The notes: generated from the letters alone by a model not told the origin. A stretch of DNA of 64,000 nucleotides from Bacteroidota bacterium (GCA_039817415.1 JBCBVV010000006.1:19065-83064), one strand, 5' to 3'; shown: positions 29,337 to 40,935, numbered from the stretch's first letter. Made by a program: numbers and translations.

Positions 29337-32300
29337 TTATTCCAGTGTTACTTCAAGGGCTAGCCCTCTCAACTCGTGCATCAGTACGTTGAATGACTCA
29401 GGTACACCTGGACGTGGAAGGACGTCTCCCTTCACGATGGATTCGTAGACCTTGGCGCGACCAATTACGTCATCTGATTTCACCGTCAACATTTCGCGAA
29501 GAATGTGCGCAGCACCAAAGGCCTCTAACGCCCATACCTCCATCTCACCAAAACGCTGTCCACCAAACTGGGCCTTACCACCCAATGGCTGCTGTGTAAT
29601 CAATGAGTAAGGTCCAATCGAACGTGCGTGCATCTTGTCATCTACAAGGTGAATCAGCTTCAACATGTAGTTGATACCCACAGTGGTCTTCTCTGAGAAT
29701 TTCTCTCCAGATTGACCATTGTTCAACTGTACCACACCAAACTCAGGAAGGCCAGCTTTCTTCAATTCTGCATTTACATCCTCAATGGTAGCCCCATCAA
29801 AAATTGGTGTTGCATACTTGATTCCCAGCTTTTTACCTGCCCAACCAAGGATAGTCTCAAATACCTGGCCAAGGTTCATACGAGAAGGTACACCTAGTGG
29901 ATTCAGTACGATATCAATCGGTGTACCGTCATCCAAGAATGGCATATCTTCCACAGGTACAATCTTGGATACTACCCCTTTGTTACCGTGGCGACCCGCC
30001 ATCTTATCACCTACTTTCAGTTTACGCTTCTTAACCACATAAACTTTCGCAAGCTTCAGGATTCCGGATGGTAATTCATCCCCAACACGAATCTGATATT
30101 CCTCACGACGGAAGGTCGATTCGATGGTGTCATGACGACGCTTGTAGTTGCGGAACAACTGCTGCACGTTTTTGTCCATGTCATCATCTCCTGTCCATCC
30201 TCCTGTGATCATCTCAAGGAAGTTAAGGGCAGAAAGTGTCTTCTCGGTGAATTTCTTTCCAGAAGGAATGATCTCCTCGTTGAATTTGTTTTTGACTCCT
30301 TTGGACTTCATATCACCCAAGAGAGACAACAACTTGGATACCATACCAGAGTTCAGATCGTTTAGATCCTTACGGTATGTTTCCTCCAAATCAGTCAGAC
30401 GCTTCTTATCACGTTGCTTGTTTCGAGTCTCTTTCTTCTCTTTTGAGAATAGCATCTTGTTGATGACTACCCCATGGATCGAAGGAGGTACACGAAGGGA
30501 AGCATCCTTCACATCTCCAGCCTTATCACCAAAGATCGCTCTCAACAGCTTTTCTTCAGGAGTTGGATCAGATTCTCCTTTAGGGGTAATCTTACCAATC
30601 AAGATATCTCCAGGATTTACCTCAGCACCAATACGGATCAAACCGTTTTCATCAAGGTGCTTAATGGCTTCCTCACTCACATTAGGAATCTCACGCGTCA
30701 ATTCCTCCTCACCTCTCTTCGTATCTCTTACCTGCATCTCGAATTCCTCGATGTGAATAGATGTATACACATCCTCCATGACGATTCTTTCGGAGATTAC
30801 AATGGCATCCTCAAAGTTATATCCCTGCCAAGGCATGTAGGCCACTAGCAAGTTTTTACCCAGTGCAAGTTCACCATCTTCCGTAGCGTATCCATCAGCG
30901 ATTACGGTTCCATCAGAAACACGCTGACCTGGACGTACGCAAGGTCTCAAGTTGATACTTGTATTCTGGTTAGTGCGTTGGTACTTGGTTACTTCGTAGG
31001 TAACTACGTTGGATTCGAAGCTAATCAGATCTTGAGTAGGGTTTCTGTCATAACGAATCACGACCTTTCCACCATCCACAAATTCTACTACCCCTTCTCC
31101 TTCCGCTCTTAACATAGAGCGAGAATCAAGTGCAACCTTTTCTTCGATACCTGTACCAACGGTAGGCGCCTCTGCTTTCAACAAAGGTACGGCCTGACGT
31201 TGCATGTTTGATCCCATCAATGCACGGTTGGCGTCATCATTTTCCAAGAATGGAATCAAAGATGCAGCCACCGATACTACCTGATTCGGAGCGACGTCCA
31301 TGTATCTCAATTCCTCAGGTGGTACCATCGGGAAGTCACCCTGCTTACGGGCTTTTACCGTTGGGTTGAGGAAGTTTCCTTTCGGGTCAACCGGTGCGTT
31401 GGACTGTGCGATAATCTGGTTATCCTCTTCTTCTGCACTCAGGTAAAGGGCCATAGGATCTGCAATACCTTTCTTAACCTCACGGTAAGGGGTCTCGATG
31501 AATCCCATCTCGTTGATACGAGCATATGTACAAAGAGAGGAAATCAGACCAATGTTCGGTCCTTCCGGTGTCTCAATTGGGCACAAACGGCCATAGTGCG
31601 TATAGTGAACGTCCCTTACCTCAAATCCTGCTCGCTCCCTTGACAGACCACCAGGTCCAAGAGCAGAAACACGACGTTTGTGTGTTACCTCCGCAAGTGG
31701 GTTGGTTTGGTCTAGGAACTGGCTCAACTGGTTGGTTCCGAAGAATGAATTGATCACAGATGATAGCGTTCTTGCATTGATCAAGTCGGCTGGTGTGAAA
31801 ACTTCATTATCACGGATGTTCATACGCTCACGAATGGTACGAGCCATACGTGCCAAACCTACACTGAACTGAGAATAAAGCTGCTCACCTACTGTTCTAA
31901 CACGACGGTTTGACAAGTGGTCAATGTCGTCAACGTGGGTTTTGCTGTTCTGTAGCTCTACCAAGTATCCAACAATTTTGATAATGTCGGACTTGGTCAA
32001 TACCTGAGAATCTTCCTCAAAGGTACCGTGTAGTTTCTTATTCAAACGATAGCGTCCTACTTCTCCAAGATCATATCTCTTATCGGAGAAGAATAGCTTG
32101 TCGATCACAGATCTTGCTGTCTCCTCGTCTGGTGGCTCGGCATTACGCAGCTGTCGGTAGATCAAGTCTACTGCCTCGCTCTGTGAGTTGGAGTTGTCTT
32201 TCTGTAGGGTATTGTAGATGATCGAGTACTCTGCTGCATTCATAGCATCAGAAACAAGGATCATGGAAGGCACACCTGAATCCAGGATTTGCTCCACATC

Positions 32301-33140
32301 TTCCTTTTGGATCACGTGGTCACGCTCGAACAACACTTCGTTACGTGTAATGGAAACCACTTCTCCTGTATCTTCATCTACAAAATCCTCCGTCCATGTA
32401 CGTAGGATTCTAGCCGCAAGCTTTCTGTTCACGGCTTTCTTTAGGTTGGCTTTGTTGATTTTCATCTCCTCTGCCAGCCCGAAGATTTCTAATATATCTT
32501 TATCAGAACTGTATCCAATGGCACGCATCAGGGTAGTGACCGGGAATTTCTTCTTACGGTCAATGTATGCGTACATAACATTGTTTACATCTGTTGAAAA
32601 TTCAATCCAAGACCCTTTAAATGGGATAATTCTTGCAGAGTACAGTTTTGTTCCATTTGCATGGAAGGACTGTCCGAAGAATACACCCGGTGATCTGTGT
32701 AGCTGGGAAACGATTACCCTTTCTGCACCATTGATAATGAAGGTTCCATCCTCAGTCATATAAGGAATATTACCCAGGTACACTTCCTGTGTAACGGGCT
32801 CAAAATCTTCATTTTCAGGGTCAGTACAGTAAAGGAAGAGCTTCGCCTTTAAAGCTACTGAGTGAGTCAATCCCCTTGATTTACACTCTTTGATAGAGTA
32901 GCGAGGAGGATCGATGTAGTAATCCAGGAATTCAAGTACAAAGTTTTCGCGCGCATCTGTAATGGGGAAGTTCTCTTTAAATACCTTATAGAGTCCTTCA
33001 TCATTCCTCTTATCTGGAGGAGTGTCCAATTGCATGAATTCTTGAAAAGATCGCAACTGGATCTCCAGAAAGTCAGGATATTCGATGACTTTCTTGATTC
33101 GTGCGAAAGAATGCCGTTTTTTTACGCTCGTATTAGCCAA
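29337..33140 (-). CDS. rpoB: DNA-directed RNA polymerase subunit beta
   Basis: A 1267-aa protein with [12 protein letters not shown] and the rif-region sequence [21 protein letters not shown]. The start is a TTG. Confidence 0.99.
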   Translation of the reverse strand: MANTSVKKRHSFARIKKVIEYPDFLEIQLRSFQEFMQLDTPPDKRNDEGLYKVFKENFPITDARENFVLEFLDYYIDPPRYSIKECKSRGLTHSVALKAKLFLYCTDPENEDFEPVTQEVYLGNIPYMTEDGTFIINGAERVIVSQLHRSPGVFFGQSFHANGTKLYSARIIPFKGSWIEFSTDVNNVMYAYIDRKKKFPVTTLMRAIGYSSDKDILEIFGLAEEMKINKANLKKAVNRKLAARILRTWTEDFVDEDTGEVVSITRNEVLFERDHVIQKEDVEQILDSGVPSMILVSDAMNAAEYSIIYNTLQKDNSNSQSEAVDLIYRQLRNAEPPDEETARSVIDKLFFSDKRYDLGEVGRYRLNKKLHGTFEEDSQVLTKSDIIKIVGYLVELQNSKTHVDDIDHLSNRRVRTVGEQLYSQFSVGLARMARTIRERMNIRDNEVFTPADLINARTLSSVINSFFGTNQLSQFLDQTNPLAEVTHKRRVSALGPGGLSRERAGFEVRDVHYTHYGRLCPIETPEGPNIGLISSLCTYARINEMGFIETPYREVKKGIADPMALYLSAEEEDNQIIAQSNAPVDPKGNFLNPTVKARKQGDFPMVPPEELRYMDVAPNQVVSVAASLIPFLENDDANRALMGSNMQRQAVPLLKAEAPTVGTGIEEKVALDSRSMLRAEGEGVVEFVDGGKVVIRYDRNPTQDLISFESNVVTYEVTKYQRTNQNTSINLRPCVRPGQRVSDGTVIADGYATEDGELALGKNLLVAYMPWQGYNFEDAIVISERIVMEDVYTSIHIEEFEMQVRDTKRGEEELTREIPNVSEEAIKHLDENGLIRIGAEVNPGDILIGKITPKGESDPTPEEKLLRAIFGDKAGDVKDASLRVPPSIHGVVINKMLFSKEKKETRNKQRDKKRLTDLEETYRKDLNDLNSGMVSKLLSLLGDMKSKGVKNKFNEEIIPSGKKFTEKTLSALNFLEMITGGWTGDDDMDKNVQQLFRNYKRRHDTIESTFRREEYQIRVGDELPSGILKLAKVYVVKKRKLKVGDKMAGRHGNKGVVSKIVPVEDMPFLDDGTPIDIVLNPLGVPSRMNLGQVFETILGWAGKKLGIKYATPIFDGATIEDVNAELKKAGLPEFGVVQLNNGQSGEKFSEKTTVGINYMLKLIHLVDDKMHARSIGPYSLITQQPLGGKAQFGGQRFGEMEVWALEAFGAAHILREMLTVKSDDVIGRAKVYESIVKGDVLPRPGVPESFNVLMHELRGLALEVTLE

Positions 33141-33224
33141 TATGATATACGTTTAGGTGAGATCCGTAATATTTAGGTACAGCCGCCTGGAAAAGAACAG
33201 TATCAAAAGTTAATATATGGGAAA

Positions 33225-33254
33225 ATAGACCTGATTTCAATGAATCAGGTCTAT
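33225..33254 (-). terminator. Hairpin in the rplL-rpoB spacer (candidate partial terminator/attenuator)
   Basis: ATAGACCTGATT...AATCAGGTCTAT is a 12-bp stem with a weak T-tract on the minus strand. The position matches the known rplL-rpoB attenuator of other bacteria. Confidence 0.45.
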
Positions 33255-33291
33255 CTTATAGGTAGAGTTTCATCTCTCCCACTGGGAGAAA

Positions 33292-33675
33292 TTACTTCAG
33301 CTCCACCTCAGCACCAGCTTCTTCAAGAGCTTTTTTCAGCTCTTCAGCTTCTTCTTTAGAAACTTTCTCTTTGATTGGGCCAGGAGCAGAGTCAACAAGA
33401 GCCTTAGCTTCTTTTAGACCTAGTCCTACAGCGTTTTTAACCGCCTTAACCACATTCAATTTCTTAGCACCAGCTGATTTTAGAATTACGTCGAATTCAG
33501 TCTGCTCAGCAGCAGCGTCATCGCCTCCGGCTCCACCGCCAGGTCCAGCAACTGCAACTGCAGCGGCAGCAGCAGGCTCGATACCGTAATCTTCCTTCAG
33601 GATGTTAGCTAGTTCGTTTACCTCTTTTACTGTAAGGTTTACTAGCTGTTCTGCAAATTCTTTTAGATCTGCCAT
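33292..33675 (-). CDS. rplL: 50S ribosomal protein L7/L12
   Basis: [22 protein letters not shown], an Ala/Gly hinge, and a C-terminal KEAKALVD...EAGAEVELK. Confidence 0.98.
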   Translation of the reverse strand: MADLKEFAEQLVNLTVKEVNELANILKEDYGIEPAAAAAVAVAGPGGGAGGDDAAAEQTEFDVILKSAGAKKLNVVKAVKNAVGLGLKEAKALVDSAPGPIKEKVSKEEAEELKKALEEAGAEVELK

Positions 33676-33726
33676 TTCAGATTTTGTTTAGAAAAAAATT
33701 CTTCGAGAAAATGATATTCAAAAAAA

Positions 33727-34260
33727 TTACTCTTCGCGTTCTTGCAGGGTCTTGATAAGACCTGCGATTGTTGAACCACCGGACTTAAGCGCACTGACAA
33801 CATTTTTGGCAGGGCTTTGTAGCAATCCGACGATTTCTCCGATCAATTCTGTCTTGGACTTCAGCTTGGTCAATGCCTCTAGCTGATCATCTCCTTTGAA
33901 TACGGCAGTTTCAATCACAGCAGCCTTGAGTACAGGTAATTCAGAGTTATTTTCCTTTCTGAATTGCTTGATTACCTTGGCTGGTACATTTGGATTTTCA
34001 CTGTCAGCAAAGAAGATTGAAGAAGGAAGACTCAATGCGTCGTATACATCGTCATAGTCATCTTCTAATGAGTCCAATGCTTTCTTGACCAGTGTGTTCT
34101 TGATCATCTTAAGCTCCACATTGTTGTCAAAACAAAGCTTGCGAAGCTGATACATATCTGCAGCGGTCATTCCGCCAGTGTTTGTGATAAAGAAGTTCGG
34201 ATAGTCTTTGAACTTTCCCGCCAACTCCTCTACGTATGCGAATTTTTCTTGCTTCGTCAT
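33727..34260 (-). CDS. rplJ: 50S ribosomal protein L10
   Basis: Its position between rplA and rplL, together with an L10-like sequence. Confidence 0.95.
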   Translation of the reverse strand: MTKQEKFAYVEELAGKFKDYPNFFITNTGGMTAADMYQLRKLCFDNNVELKMIKNTLVKKALDSLEDDYDDVYDALSLPSSIFFADSENPNVPAKVIKQFRKENNSELPVLKAAVIETAVFKGDDQLEALTKLKSKTELIGEIVGLLQSPAKNVVSALKSGGSTIAGLIKTLQEREE

Positions 34261-34272
34261 AGTTTCAAAAAC

Positions 34273-34974
34273 TTAGGAAATCCCCTCTACAGATGATTTA
34301 TCGATTTTCAAACCTGGTCCCATGGTAGAGCTAATAAAGATAGACTTGAAGTAAACGCCTTTCGCAGCAGATGGCTTCAAACGATGTAGAGTTAGTAACA
34401 ACTCAGCAGCATTCTCTCTGATCTGCTCAGCGGAAAATTGAATTTTCCCAACGGCAGAGTGAACGATTCCAGCTTTATCAACACGGAAGTCAATCTTACC
34501 TGCCTTTACTTCTTTAACAGCCTGTCCAATATTTGGTGTAACAGTACCAACCTTTGGGTTAGGCATCAGGCCACGAGGACCTAGAATACGTCCCAAACGT
34601 CCTACCTTCGCCATCACGTTAGGAGAGCAGACTACAACGTCGATGTCAGTCCATCCACCTTGAATCTTCTGGATATACTCATCCAGTCCTACGAAATCGG
34701 CTCCGGCCTCTGTTGCTTCTGCCTCCTTATCAGGAGAAGTCAGCACGAGTACTCTTACTTCTTTACCAGTACCATGTGGCAATGTCGCCACCCCGCGTAC
34801 CATTTGATTGGCTTGACGGGGGTCTACACCCAGGCGAACGTGCAGCTCAATAGATTCATTGAACTTTGCGTAAGCTACCTTTTTTAGCAGTTCTGACGCT
34901 TCAGCCAAAGAATATGACTTTTCGCTGTCAACCGCCTCAAGGATCTTCTTTTTGTTCTTAGTCAACGTCGCCAT
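34273..34974 (-). CDS. rplA: 50S ribosomal protein L1
   Basis: Motifs [22 protein letters not shown] and [10 protein letters not shown] are present. Confidence 0.98.
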   Translation of the reverse strand: MATLTKNKKKILEAVDSEKSYSLAEASELLKKVAYAKFNESIELHVRLGVDPRQANQMVRGVATLPHGTGKEVRVLVLTSPDKEAEATEAGADFVGLDEYIQKIQGGWTDIDVVVCSPNVMAKVGRLGRILGPRGLMPNPKVGTVTPNIGQAVKEVKAGKIDFRVDKAGIVHSAVGKIQFSAEQIRENAAELLLTLHRLKPSAAKGVYFKSIFISSTMGPGLKIDKSSVEGIS

Positions 34975-34976
34975 TC

Positions 34977-35429
34977 TTAGTCATTGTTTTGCTCCCAAGG
35001 AGGTGTGCCATCCACTGTCAATCCCATGCTTCGAGCTGTACCTGCTACCATTTTCATGGCGGATTCTACCTTAAAGCAGTTCAGGTCTGGCATTTTGATC
35101 TCAGCGATCTCTTTTACCTGATCCCAATTCACAGATCCAACCTTTATACGGTTAGGCTCTGCGGAACCTTTCTTGAGCTTAGCTGCATTAATAAGCAATA
35201 CAGCAGCCGGTGGTGTCTTTACAATGAAGTCAAATGACTTGTCTTTGTAAACGGTGATCACTACCGGAAGAACCTGACCCATTTTGTCCTGAGTAACCGC
35301 ATTAAAGCGCTTACAGAACTCCATGATGTTCAGACCCTTTGCACCAAGTGCAGGTCCAATAGGAGGAGCAGGGTTTGCCTGGCCACCTTTCACCTGAAGC
35401 TTGACATACGTTTCAATTTGTTTCGCCAT
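34977..35429 (-). CDS. rplK: 50S ribosomal protein L11
   Basis: The sequence [31 protein letters not shown] is characteristic of L11. Confidence 0.98.
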   Translation of the reverse strand: MAKQIETYVKLQVKGGQANPAPPIGPALGAKGLNIMEFCKRFNAVTQDKMGQVLPVVITVYKDKSFDFIVKTPPAAVLLINAAKLKKGSAEPNRIKVGSVNWDQVKEIAEIKMPDLNCFKVESAMKMVAGTARSMGLTVDGTPPWEQNND

Positions 35430-35568
35430 TGTCTACTTCAGTAAAATGATTGAAGCATCGGTCTTCTAAAAAGGGAAGCATCTGGCAGTCAATTAGAAGG
35501 CGCTGACCACCAGCGTAGAAGACTTCAACTTCTAAAAAAATAATTTATAGAACAGATCACTCAGTGAT

Positions 35569-36111
35569 CTAGAATTCTTTTTCTACTTGGAAGTAGTTTA
35601 GCTCGATAGGTGTGTTACGACCAAAGATCTTAACGATAACCTTGAGCTTCTTACGATCTTCATAGATCTCGTCAACTACTCCACTAAATCCATTGAACGG
35701 TCCAGCCATAACTTTGACAGGCTCTCCTTTGATGAATGGGTTTTCAGGAATTTCTCCCTGCTCATTCATTTCATCAACCTTACCGAGGATTCTATTTACT
35801 TCGCTTTGACGTAATGGGGTAGGATCGCCTCCTTTTTTCTCAGAAAGGAAACCGATCACATTCGGTATATCCTTCATCATCACAATCAACTCAGGAAGCA
35901 TTTCGCATTCTACGAGAATGTAGCCAGGCAAATAGGATCGTTCTCTTAGCTTTTTCTTTCCATTACGGATCTCAAAAACTTTCTCCATAGGGATAAGAAT
36001 CTGGCTAATGTTTTCTCCCAAATCCAGTCGAGAGATTTCACTTTCCAAGTATTCTTTTACCTTTTTTTCTTTGCCGCTAATTGATCGCAGTACATACCAC
36101 TCTTTCGCCAT
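35569..36111 (-). CDS. nusG: Transcription termination/antitermination factor NusG
   Basis: An NGN domain (WYVLRSISGKEKKV) and a KOW domain (GEPVKVMAGPFNGFSGVV) are present. Confidence 0.97.
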   Translation of the reverse strand: MAKEWYVLRSISGKEKKVKEYLESEISRLDLGENISQILIPMEKVFEIRNGKKKLRERSYLPGYILVECEMLPELIVMMKDIPNVIGFLSEKKGGDPTPLRQSEVNRILGKVDEMNEQGEIPENPFIKGEPVKVMAGPFNGFSGVVDEIYEDRKKLKVIVKIFGRNTPIELNYFQVEKEF

Positions 36112-36129
36112 CGCTCCTCTATAAATCTG

Positions 36130-36327
36130 TTATAGGTTGACCAATGAATAAAGAGCACCCATGGCGTTCTTGAAGGCCAAATCCATGACAAAGATTACTA
36201 ATGCAATCATAAGGGAAGCTATCAAAACCGTCACAGTGCTGCTTTGAAGATCCTCCAAAGTTGGCCACTGAACCTTGTTTAATAGTTCGTCAGAATACTC
36301 ACGAATAGCCGCTCTAATCTTATCCAT
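36130..36327 (-). CDS. secE: Preprotein translocase subunit SecE
   Basis: A 65-aa protein from Met14 of the listed ORF, with a single TM helix (TVLIASLMIALVIFVMD). It sits between tRNA-Trp and nusG. The longer ORF would overlap the tRNA. Confidence 0.9.
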   Translation of the reverse strand: MDKIRAAIREYSDELLNKVQWPTLEDLQSSTVTVLIASLMIALVIFVMDLAFKNAMGALYSLVNL

Positions 36328-36340
36328 CGTTTCGGAATTT

Positions 36341-36413
36341 GCACGGGCGGTAGGAATCGAACCCACAGCCTACGGTTTTGGAGACCGTCGCTCTACCAAT
36401 TGAGCTACGCCCG
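36341..36413 (-). tRNA. tRNA-Trp (anticodon CCA)
   Basis: The minus strand reads ACGGGCG-TA-GCTCAATTGGTAGAGC-...CTCCAAA...GTGGGTTCGATTCCTAC-CGCCCGT. It folds as a complete cloverleaf. Confidence 0.93.
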
Positions 36414-36501
36414 TAACTTTTTTTGACACAAATACCCGGATGTACCGGGATATGTATAAAAGGTAAGAATAGGGCCAAAAGGCCCTATTCTATATGTTAA
36501 T

Positions 36502-37695
36502 TTATTTTACAATCTCAGTTACCTGACCTGCACCAATGGTACGTCCACCTTCACGAATCGCGAAGCGAAGACCTTTCTCCATGGCTACTTCGTAGATCAA
36601 CTCAACATCAATCGTAACGTTATCACCAGGCATTACCATGTCAACTCCATCAGGAAGGTTGATAACACCAGTTACGTCAGTTGTACGGAAGTAGAACTGA
36701 GGACGGTAGTTACCGAAGAATGGAGTGTGGCGACCACCTTCATCCTTAGATAGTACGTAAATCTCAGCTTTGAATACAGTATGAGGCTTAACAGAACCTG
36801 GCTTAGCGATTACCATACCACGCTTGATATCCTTTTTATCAACACCACGAAGGAGAAGACCAACGTTATCACCTGCTTCACCGCGGTCAAGAATCTTACG
36901 GAACATCTCTACACCTGTGATAGTAGAAGTCATTTTCTCGCCACCAGCTTGAAGACCGATAATCTCAACAGGATCACCAGAGTTGATGACACCACGCTCG
37001 ATACGGCCAGTTGCTACTGTACCACGACCTGTGATAGAGAATACGTCCTCTACAGGCATCAAGAAGTCCTTGTCCATTTCACGAACAGGCTCTGGTACGA
37101 ATTCATCAACGGCTGCCATCAACTCAAGGATTTTCTCCTCCCACTGAGGCTGTCCGTCAAGACCACCAAGTGCAGAACCCTGAATAACAGGAGTATCATC
37201 ACCAGGGAAATCGTACGTATCAAGTAGCTCACGGATCTCCATTTCTACAAGCTCAAGAAGCTCCTCATCATCCACAAGGTCAACCTTGTTCATAAATACA
37301 ACGATCGCAGGTACACCTACCTGACGAGCAAGCAGGATGTGCTCACGAGTCTGAGGCATTGGACCATCAGTCGAAGCAACTACCAGAATAGCACCGTCCA
37401 TCTGTGCAGCACCGGTGATCATGTTTTTAACATAGTCGGCGTGACCAGGACAATCTACGTGCGCATAGTGACGATTTTCAGTTTCGTACTCTACGTGTGA
37501 AGTGTTGATGGTGATACCACGCTCTTTTTCTTCTGGAGCGTTGTCGATCTCATCAAAGCTTTTTGTCTCAGCACCGCCTGCTTTACCAAGGACTACTGTG
37601 ATCGCAGCGGTCAACGTTGTTTTACCGTGGTCTACGTGGCCAATGGTACCGATGTTGACGTGCGGTTTGTTACGTTCAAATTTTGCTTTTGCCAT
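36502..37695 (-). CDS. tuf: Elongation factor Tu
   Basis: G motifs [14 protein letters not shown] and NKVD are present, with a full-length EF-Tu sequence. Confidence 0.99.
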   Translation of the reverse strand: MAKAKFERNKPHVNIGTIGHVDHGKTTLTAAITVVLGKAGGAETKSFDEIDNAPEEKERGITINTSHVEYETENRHYAHVDCPGHADYVKNMITGAAQMDGAILVVASTDGPMPQTREHILLARQVGVPAIVVFMNKVDLVDDEELLELVEMEIRELLDTYDFPGDDTPVIQGSALGGLDGQPQWEEKILELMAAVDEFVPEPVREMDKDFLMPVEDVFSITGRGTVATGRIERGVINSGDPVEIIGLQAGGEKMTSTITGVEMFRKILDRGEAGDNVGLLLRGVDKKDIKRGMVIAKPGSVKPHTVFKAEIYVLSKDEGGRHTPFFGNYRPQFYFRTTDVTGVINLPDGVDMVMPGDNVTIDVELIYEVAMEKGLRFAIREGGRTIGAGQVTEIVK

Positions 37696-37757
37696 CGTTA
37701 ATTTAGTGTTAGACCAGGAAGCCCTGGCGCAAACAAACCTGTGAATAATGAATTAAG

Positions 37758-37830
<73 letters not shown>

Positions 37831-37886
37831 GAATGTCTTAAAACAAGCATTGAGAAGAGGCTTGCACCTCTTCTCGTACCTGTTTG

Positions 37887-37959
37887 AGCGGGAGACGAGA
37901 TTCGAACCCGCGACCCTTAGCTTGGAAGGCTAATGCTCTACCAGCTGAGCTACTCCCGC
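37887..37959 (-). tRNA. tRNA-Gly (anticodon TCC)
   Basis: GCGGGAGTAGCTCAGCTGGTAGAGCATTAGCCTTCCAAGCTAA...GGTTCGAATCTCGTCTCCCGCT. Confidence 0.92.
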
Positions 37960-38009
37960 TTATTACATTCTGTGCATATAGCACATATGTTAAAAGAACT
38001 CTTAGAAAG

Positions 38010-38091
38010 TGGGGAGTGCAGGATTCGAACCTACGAAGGCGTAGCCAACAGATTTACAGTCTGCCCCGTTTGACCGCTTCGGTAACTCCCC
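38010..38091 (-). tRNA. tRNA-Tyr (anticodon GTA), type II
   Basis: GGGGAGTTACCGAAGCGGTCAAACGGGGCAGACTGTAAATCTG, then a long variable arm, then GGTTCGAATCCTGCACTCCCCA. Confidence 0.92.
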
Positions 38092-38145
38092 AAAATTTCT
38101 TATGTCAAAATGTTGCTCACGCAACAGTTTAGTCTTCTAGAAGTG

Positions 38146-38219
38146 AGCCTGTGGAGGGATTCGAACCCCCGACCCCGAGATTACAAATCACGTGCTCTGG
38201 CCAACTGAGCTACACAGGC
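38146..38219 (-). tRNA. tRNA-Thr (anticodon TGT)
   Basis: GCCTGTGTAGCTCAGTTGGCCAGAGCACGTGATTTGTAATCTCG...GGGGGTTCGAATCCCTCCACAGGCT. There is one mismatch in the anticodon stem. Confidence 0.88.
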
Positions 38220-38245
38220 ATTGAGATTCCTCTCGAAAAGTTTCG

Positions 38246-38277
38246 CAAAAGTAGAAAAGCCTTTTTGACTATCCAAA
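38246..38277 (-). promoter_or_regulatory. Bacteroidota-type promoter for the tRNA-tuf transcription unit
   Basis: The minus strand reads TTTG-N20-TActTTTG about 27 nt upstream of the tRNA-Thr 5' end. Confidence 0.5.
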
Positions 38278-38291
38278 CCCAAGCGAGTTTT

Positions 38292-38636
38292 TTATTTTAG
38301 CTCCTTGATACGAGCAGCCTTACCAATCTTGTCGCGAAGGTAAAACAGACGAGCTCTTCTCACTCTTCCTCTTCTCAATACCTCGATTCCATCTACAATC
38401 GGTGCATGTAAAGGGAAAATTCTTTCTACACCAATTCCACTTGAAATCTTTCTTACTGTAAAGGTTTCAGTAGAACCTGATCCACGGCGCTGGATACAAA
38501 CACCCTTGAATACCTGGATACGCTCTTTGTCTCCTTCGGCGATACGTACATATACGTTTACAGTGTCTCCTGCCTTGAATTCAGGCACCTCTTCGCGGAT
38601 ATATTCAGCTTGTACAAGCTTAATTAGATCTTCCAT
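38292..38636 (-). CDS. rplS: 50S ribosomal protein L19
   Basis: [27 protein letters not shown] and RRARLFYLR are typical of L19. Confidence 0.97.
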   Translation of the reverse strand: MEDLIKLVQAEYIREEVPEFKAGDTVNVYVRIAEGDKERIQVFKGVCIQRRGSGSTETFTVRKISSGIGVERIFPLHAPIVDGIEVLRRGRVRRARLFYLRDKIGKAARIKELK

Positions 38637-38662
38637 TTTGTATCGCTTTATTTGACGGACTG

Positions 38663-38693
38663 CAAAGATAGAAGTTTATCATGCTAATCCAAA
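38663..38693 (-). promoter_or_regulatory. Bacteroidota-type promoter directly upstream of rplS
   Basis: The minus strand reads TTTG-N19-TAtcTTTG. The -7 box ends about 26 nt before the rplS ATG. Confidence 0.5.
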
Positions 38694-38749
38694 GGATTTT
38701 GTTTGAAAAATTGATAAAAAAACAAACAATTCTAAGATGCTTACGTAGG

Positions 38750-40930
38750 TCAGTCTTTTTCGTCCTCTAACCAGCGATAGGAGGTTTCAAAGGTGTCGAA
38801 GTTTGTCGCGTCAATCACTTCTCCTTCAGCGGAAATCACCAAAATATTCATCCCTCGTTTCTCCTCTGCATATTCCTTGCCACCCCAGTTCAAAGTCACC
38901 TCATAAGCTGCATTGATGCCAGAAGATACCATACGCAAGTCCTTCCCGAAGGTTCTCCCATTTAATGTTTTTCCGGCAGAAAGATTGAGCTCAATTTTTT
39001 GTCCATCTGTTATCTCCTCCCAAACCAATTCCCCTTTTTCCAATACAGCGGCATATGCGCCTCGAAATCCTAGTTGGCGTATATCCGATCCTAATGAATC
39101 CAAATAGGCCTTGCTTCCTTCATTCAATCTATATGTTGCCTCGTCAAGGCTGGCAATCAATATGGTATGCGCCTCATGTTTCCTCAAATAGTCTCCAAAA
39201 CTTTGCCCACGTGGAATTGGAGGATGATACTTCTCCTTCATTTCTTCCCATGAGGCTTTTAAGGCTGCTGGGGCGCTTTTATGAACCCCTGCCAAATACC
39301 CATCCAAATTCACCAAATCCAGTTGCTTGAAGGTTTGCTCAAAATAGGGTGTCATGGGCTTCAAAAAGAGAAACAAAGAGCTAGAATCAATCTTTCCCTC
39401 TTTCAAATCCTTCTCAAATGCCCTTCTAACATGATCTGCGGCATCTTTTTCTGCCCTAGCCACAAAACCAATCATAGCGGGTTTTTGATTCCTCGCAGCC
39501 AAATAACCTATTTCAGCATAATCGAAAGCATCTCGGATATGTGTCATTTCAAAGGGTGGCCAGATGTTGATGGCATCTGATTCCGCGATCACAGGTTCCC
39601 ATTTTTCAGGACTCAAATACAAGAAGCTCTCAGGAGATGTCCATTTAAACCATGCTCTTGCCTTCCAAAGGGGTTGTTGATCAATGATTTGGAAATTCAA
39701 GACAATTCCCAACACGATCGTTACCCACCATTTGTCTGGCCATTTTTTGACCACAAACACAAAGGCGCTTAGGAGCAATAAATAATATAATGTCCAAACG
39801 AATCTACCCGTAGTCCTAAAGGCAGAAAGGGTAGGGATCAAGGCATCCGCAATGTCATAGCGCAATACTCTTGTCGAGCCAAAATAAACCTGAATACTCA
39901 ATGCCCAGACGAACATTAGGAAAGCTGTAAGCCACAAAGGCCACCATTTTATTGTACGATTTTGGGTTACATCCCCTCTGAAACGAAAAACCACCCAACT
40001 CACAACAGCCGCTAACACAAGAAATAAGCCTCCAATTCCTAAATAAGCGTAGCCTTCATACTGAAGCGGATTGGATAAGGGAAGAGAATTGAGAAACTGA
40101 GAAGTATCTTCGAGCGGATTGAAAAATCCATTTAAATTAGTCGAAAAAGTGGTCAAACCTGTAGACGCTCTACCAGCTTCAGATATACTAAAATATCCCG
40201 TTAGCCACCATGCTCCTACCATGAGTCCCGCAAAACCCACCATGTGAAGAAGCACCTTCCACCAAGTCAACACGCTATCCAGGATTCCCAATCTCATGAC
40301 CCAAACAACGGCCAAGGCCAAAATCATAACCGCTAGATAAGGATGGACAAAGGATACTATACCCACCAAGACATACTGCCACTTTAATAAGGAATTCACT
40401 TTCTCCTTAGGTGGGATGGCATAGATCCAAAAACAAGCTAAAATTAACCAGTGGGCACAGAGTGCTGGATGTGCCAAGCGAAAAAACCATACAGGAGTAG
40501 AGGTCAATAATATGGTTCCAATGGCTCGGTTGATTTTGTTGTCAATCCCAAGTGTCCCTAACAAGCCCCAAGACATTCTGGCTTGTAGGCCTACGCAAAG
40601 CAGAAGCCATATACCGATATACTGAAAGTCTGTTGGTAGAAAGGGAGAAAGAGGCTTGAACAGAATAGCCATAAGCGGAATGCTATCTGTGAAGCCAATA
40701 TTAGAACCAATCGGATAATAATAGTCTGGTATTTCGCCTAGAGGAAGCGTCCAATCAGCATATCGAAAAAAAGCCCATCCAAGGTAGTGAATGCAAACAT
40801 CTCCTTGAAGGAGTTCCTTTACCTGAAACGGATTGATGATATAAGGACCAAGGACATAGATAGCCATGGCCATGCAGCTTCCCAAACTCAGCCACCATTG
40901 CCATGATTTACTTGTTTCCCCTATCTTCAT
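38750..40930 (-). CDS. Large polytopic membrane protein, GT-C/YfhO/DUF6311-like, with a C-terminal extracytoplasmic domain of about 300 aa
   Basis: A 726-aa protein with about 12-14 TM helices in the first roughly 420 aa. The early loop reads HYLGWAFFRYADWTLPLGEIPDYYYPIGSNIGFTDSIPL. The C-terminal part is soluble. Confidence 0.6.
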   Translation of the reverse strand: MKIGETSKSWQWWLSLGSCMAMAIYVLGPYIINPFQVKELLQGDVCIHYLGWAFFRYADWTLPLGEIPDYYYPIGSNIGFTDSIPLMAILFKPLSPFLPTDFQYIGIWLLLCVGLQARMSWGLLGTLGIDNKINRAIGTILLTSTPVWFFRLAHPALCAHWLILACFWIYAIPPKEKVNSLLKWQYVLVGIVSFVHPYLAVMILALAVVWVMRLGILDSVLTWWKVLLHMVGFAGLMVGAWWLTGYFSISEAGRASTGLTTFSTNLNGFFNPLEDTSQFLNSLPLSNPLQYEGYAYLGIGGLFLVLAAVVSWVVFRFRGDVTQNRTIKWWPLWLTAFLMFVWALSIQVYFGSTRVLRYDIADALIPTLSAFRTTGRFVWTLYYLLLLSAFVFVVKKWPDKWWVTIVLGIVLNFQIIDQQPLWKARAWFKWTSPESFLYLSPEKWEPVIAESDAINIWPPFEMTHIRDAFDYAEIGYLAARNQKPAMIGFVARAEKDAADHVRRAFEKDLKEGKIDSSSLFLFLKPMTPYFEQTFKQLDLVNLDGYLAGVHKSAPAALKASWEEMKEKYHPPIPRGQSFGDYLRKHEAHTILIASLDEATYRLNEGSKAYLDSLGSDIRQLGFRGAYAAVLEKGELVWEEITDGQKIELNLSAGKTLNGRTFGKDLRMVSSGINAAYEVTLNWGGKEYAEEKRGMNILVISAEGEVIDATNFDTFETSYRWLEDEKD

Positions 40931-40935
40931 TGAGC

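Noticed and set aside
30148-30756. Long plus-strand ORFs inside rpoB/rpoC (for example 30148-30756, 32218-32763, 28227-28598 and 26201-26566)
   Set aside because: These are antisense shadows of very long, highly conserved genes. Their translations are low-complexity and Ser/Arg/Leu-rich with no motifs.
36130-36366. The 78-aa version of the secE ORF
   Set aside because: Its first 13 codons run into tRNA-Trp (36341-36413). The real SecE starts at the internal Met at 36327.
37852-37875. The hairpin GAGAAGAGG-N6-CCTCTTCTC between tRNA-Gly and tRNA-Thr(GGT), considered as a terminator or mobile-element remnant
   Set aside because: It has no T-run and lies within a co-transcribed tRNA-tuf unit. 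It is most simply a spacer or processing structure.
37884-38132. The 82-aa plus-strand ORF
   Set aside because: It lies entirely across tRNA-Gly and tRNA-Tyr on the opposite strand and is an artefact of tRNA sequence.
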